DNA of 42,275 bases from a virus. Under the pieces are notes generated by a model. That model was not told the origin of the DNA and searched no databases. It worked only from the letters and a program-made list of their open reading frames with translations. Within the stretch, counting starts at the first letter, position 1. Every line of letters begins with the position of its first letter. The stretch covers positions 1 through 42,275 of the IMG/VR virus record IMGVR_UViG_3300021182_000043; one strand, given 5' to 3'. Of this stretch, positions 40,055-42,275 are shown one piece after another. Made by a program: the position numbers and the translations under genes.

Positions 40055-40439
40055 AACCCTCTGCATTGCCGAACTTCAGGATGGAAGGCGGGCCCTGGCC
40101 TACATTGACAGAGAACACCAGACCGCCCAGCTCGTCCTGGTTCTACGGCCCGATGACCTGATCCCCAAGTCCATGCGGGTGCAGGCCCCGCCGCCGCAGT
40201 TCAAGATGGTGCCCGTCCCCGTGGTGGACATCGAGACCGGCCGCATCGTGGGGTGGGTCCATGACTTCCAGGAGCTGCCCATCCCGCCCCGTCTGCCCGA
40301 GCCCAGAATCACGGTGGATGATCTGCTGAACCGAGGAGCCCAGATCGCCCCTAGCGAGAATCTGAGCCCAGAGGATCAAATCCTGCGGGACATCAACCAC
40401 CTGCGTGACGATGACTCGGAAGCGCCTGCTATTCCATAA
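40047..40439 (+). CDS. hypothetical protein (130 aa)
   Basis: GGAGG Shine-Dalgarno upstream. 8-nt overlap with the upstream gene. Confidence 0.55.
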   Translation: MPETLCIAELQDGRRALAYIDREHQTAQLVLVLRPDDLIPKSMRVQAPPPQFKMVPVPVVDIETGRIVGWVHDFQELPIPPRLPEPRITVDDLLNRGAQIAPSENLSPEDQILRDINHLRDDDSEAPAIP

Positions 40440-40493
40440 CCAGTTTTCACCCACGCTGGGACCGTGCGCCCAGCTTACATGGAGGCCGACACC

Positions 40494-40988
40494 ATGGCCG
40501 AAACACCCGAGAATCCCATCCCTCCGCCGGAGCCCGCCAAGGCCCCGAGCGGCCCCGCCAACCTCAAAGCCTTGTCCAAGGCCCTGCTGGACCATGTGGC
40601 CAGCATCGCCAACGAAATCAAGGCTCTCCCTGAGTCGAAAAAGCCTGTTGAAGCTCTCCAGAACTTCACAAGGCTCTTCGACAAGCACGCCCTCCGGTGT
40701 GCCAGGGAAGCGGCCATCCTGGCTGATGCCGAAAAGCCGAGTCAGGTAAACCCGCTGATCCAGGTCACGGCCCTGAACGTGGCCAGCCAACTCAAAGGCC
40801 TCGCCCGTGACATCGAGCAGGGAGCTGCAGCTCCCAAGTCCTGGGAGGATCTGGGCAAGGCCCTGGCAGAAGTCGCCAAGCTGGCCAAGGCTGTCCAGGA
40901 GGTCATCAGTCAGACCGGAGTGGCCGCCACCGTGGCCATCCCCGGCACTCCGCTGGCAGACGCTGAAGGTAAACCCCTCGTCTCCTAA
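40494..40988 (+). CDS. hypothetical helical protein (164 aa; the track ORF starts at 40464)
   Basis: GGAGG lies 8 nt upstream of ATG 40494. Confidence 0.55.
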   Translation: MAETPENPIPPPEPAKAPSGPANLKALSKALLDHVASIANEIKALPESKKPVEALQNFTRLFDKHALRCAREAAILADAEKPSQVNPLIQVTALNVASQLKGLARDIEQGAAAPKSWEDLGKALAEVAKLAKAVQEVISQTGVAATVAIPGTPLADAEGKPLVS

Positions 40989-41113
40989 CCCCCTTTCGGG
41001 CGCTGGGCCGCGTGAGCATCCAGACAGAGGAACAGCAGTAGTGGCATCCCATTTCTGGCTACCGCCCACCCTTTCCCACCCCATCGCCGGATGATCCGGC
41101 ACAGGAGCACCAC

Positions 41114-41623
41114 ATGAAGAAAATCACCAAGCCCGCTGCCCGCCCCCGCGCCACCCTGGCCCAGGTAAAGCAGCTGCAAGACCACAACAGCGACCTGATG
41201 GCCCTGCTGAGCGATAAGGGAGACCAGATCGCCTCGCTCCGCAATCTCATTGAAGTGCAGGCCGGGAAGCTCCAGAAGGCCGAGACCTTCATGGAGACCC
41301 TGCAGGCCGACCAACAGAAGGGCCTCGCGCGGGCCGGAGTCAAGAGCGCCGTGGATACCTACAAGGAGGCCCAGGCCGCAGAGAAAGTAGCCGAGGAGGC
41401 CCTGAACAAAGCCAAGGAGGCCCACACCATCGCGCTGGAAAAACTCAAGGAGGCCAAGCGCATCATGACCGGCGAGTTCTGGGACACCGTAAACCCGCCC
41501 CAAATGGTCACCGTCCGCAAGGATCAGGTGAAGGGAAATGAGAGAATCAACTACGGGTGTGACTTCGACCTCGCAAGCGGGTTCCCCTTCCCCTACCCCT
41601 CCATTGGCCGCATGAAGTTCTAA
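41114..41623 (+). CDS. hypothetical coiled-coil protein (169 aa)
   Basis: AGGAG Shine-Dalgarno upstream. Confidence 0.6.
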   Translation: MKKITKPAARPRATLAQVKQLQDHNSDLMALLSDKGDQIASLRNLIEVQAGKLQKAETFMETLQADQQKGLARAGVKSAVDTYKEAQAAEKVAEEALNKAKEAHTIALEKLKEAKRIMTGEFWDTVNPPQMVTVRKDQVKGNERINYGCDFDLASGFPFPYPSIGRMKF

Positions 41624-41624
41624 C

Positions 41625-42035
41625 ATGCTCCGGAAAACATCCCTCCGCCCCCGCCGCCTCACCCCGAGGCGGAAGGGGGAGCCCGCCCCGCGCATCAAGC
41701 CGGGGCGGGAGGAGGACCCGGAACACCTCGCCTGGATCCGCCGCCGCCCGTGCTGGGCCTGCATGATAGACCACCGGATGCAGGAGTTTAGGACCGAGCC
41801 ACACCACCCGCGCACAGGAGGCAGGAATGGTCCAGGGACAGGCCAGCGGGCCCCAGACAGGGATGCCATCCCTCTCTGTGGGATAGGACACCATCGGGGA
41901 GTGGCCCCAGGCTACATCAGCATCCACAAGAATCCGGATGAGTTCCGTGCCCGCTACGGCACTGAGGCTGAAATCAAAGAAAAGGTCTTGCAGGCCCTTG
42001 AATCCGATGCTACAGAGTCCGCAGGTCCCCCATGA
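41625..42035 (+). CDS. HNH/DUF968-like Cys/His-rich putative nuclease (136 aa)
   Basis: HLAWIRRRPCWAC...TEPHHPR...DRDAIPLCGIGHH resembles DUF968/HNH-type motifs. The family call is tentative. Confidence 0.45.
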   Translation: MLRKTSLRPRRLTPRRKGEPAPRIKPGREEDPEHLAWIRRRPCWACMIDHRMQEFRTEPHHPRTGGRNGPGTGQRAPDRDAIPLCGIGHHRGVAPGYISIHKNPDEFRARYGTEAEIKEKVLQALESDATESAGPP

Positions 42036-42271
42036 TCTACCACCTAACATTCAACCAGGCCGCGGCCTCGCGCCGATCCTGTCCATCTGGAGGAACCATG
42101 CCAGCCCCCGAAATTATCAAACTCGCCCGGCGTCTCCAATCCGTTGCTTACCAGCACGGCGGGGTCGATCAGGAGGACCGCTGGAGCGACAAGAAATATA
42201 GAGACGCCGCTGACGCCTCCGATGCCGCGCTGAAAAACCTTCTTGATGCCATTGACTCGGAGAAGCCATGA
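42032..42271 (+). CDS. hypothetical protein (79 aa; alternative start ATG 42098 with a strong GGAGG)
   Basis: ATGA coupling at 42032. Its last 51 nt lie in the terminal repeat, so its 3' end is also seen at window positions 1-50. Confidence 0.5.
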   Translation: MIYHLTFNQAAASRRSCPSGGTMPAPEIIKLARRLQSVAYQHGGVDQEDRWSDKKYRDAADASDAALKNLLDAIDSEKP

Positions 42272-42275
42272 GCGA
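42221..42275. repeat. Terminal direct repeat, copy 2 (identical to 1..55)
   Basis: Exact 55-nt identity with the window start. Confidence 0.95.

Noticed and set aside
40989-41113. The 125-nt gap examined for a tRNA, terminator or small RNA (CCCC-ctttc-GGG and GCCGGA-tga-TCCGGC hairpins).
   Set aside because: The stems are short, there is no T tract and there is no cloverleaf potential. No tRNA-like structure was seen in this or any other intergenic gap.
40143-41869. Long minus-strand ORFs (40143..41102 at 319 aa, 40985..41869 at 294 aa). Similar ones lie at 34591..35349, 3490..4323, 18318..19133, 11082..12002 and 8592..9353.
   Set aside because: Each lies antisense to a + strand ORF that has a Shine-Dalgarno site, translational coupling and a natural-looking or family-recognisable protein. 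The minus-strand translations are Gly/Arg/Leu/Asp-rich low-complexity sequences of the kind produced antisense to GC3-rich genes.

Overview
The window is a complete tailed-phage genome, siphovirus-type and high in GC (about 60% by eye). It closes into a circle: bases 1-55 are repeated exactly at 42221-42275, so the unique length is 42,220 bp. Every credible gene is on the + strand, and long minus-strand ORFs look like GC-driven antisense artefacts.

Three transcription blocks can be read from hairpin terminators and the few AT-richer intergenic gaps.
- Block 1 (29585-34528) is an early replication and recombination block: Cro-like HTH, Erf annealase, YqaJ exonuclease, RusA resolvase, DUF1376-type initiator and DnaC-like loader.
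- Block 2 (34660, through the circular junction, to 3628) is a long accessory block of about 30 small, mostly unrecognisable genes. Many are translationally coupled by ATGA/GTGA overlaps. It includes a DUF932 protein, several zinc-ribbon or Cys-rich proteins, an HNH-like protein and a secreted lipoprotein.
- Block 3 (3716-29370) is the late block. It starts with a ParB-like nuclease, a class I SAM methyltransferase and a GT-A-like glycosyltransferase. Next come TerS and TerL, a portal fused to a MuF domain, a protease-scaffold, the major capsid, connectors, the tail tube, the chaperone with its -1 frame extension, and the tape measure. It ends with a gene-transfer-agent-like distal tail module (DUF2460, BR0599, NlpC/P60, host-specificity protein), an 808-aa tail fibre and a lysis cassette around an M15 peptidase.

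I found no integrase, CI-type repressor, tRNA, rRNA, CRISPR array or transposable element.

Most interesting observations:
- The tail fibre ends in a complete Hint (intein/Hedgehog-type) autoprocessing domain behind a poly-glycine run.
- An A10 tract sits exactly at the portal/MuF domain junction, with stops close by in both alternative frames.
- A ParB / methyltransferase / glycosyltransferase trio lies upstream of the terminase.
- An 18-bp perfect palindrome in an AT-richer patch lies inside the replication initiator gene.
- The lysis cassette has no recognisable o-spanin, but includes a membrane-anchored protein with an outer-membrane-type C terminus.

All family assignments come from motif recognition by eye. 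No database search was run.
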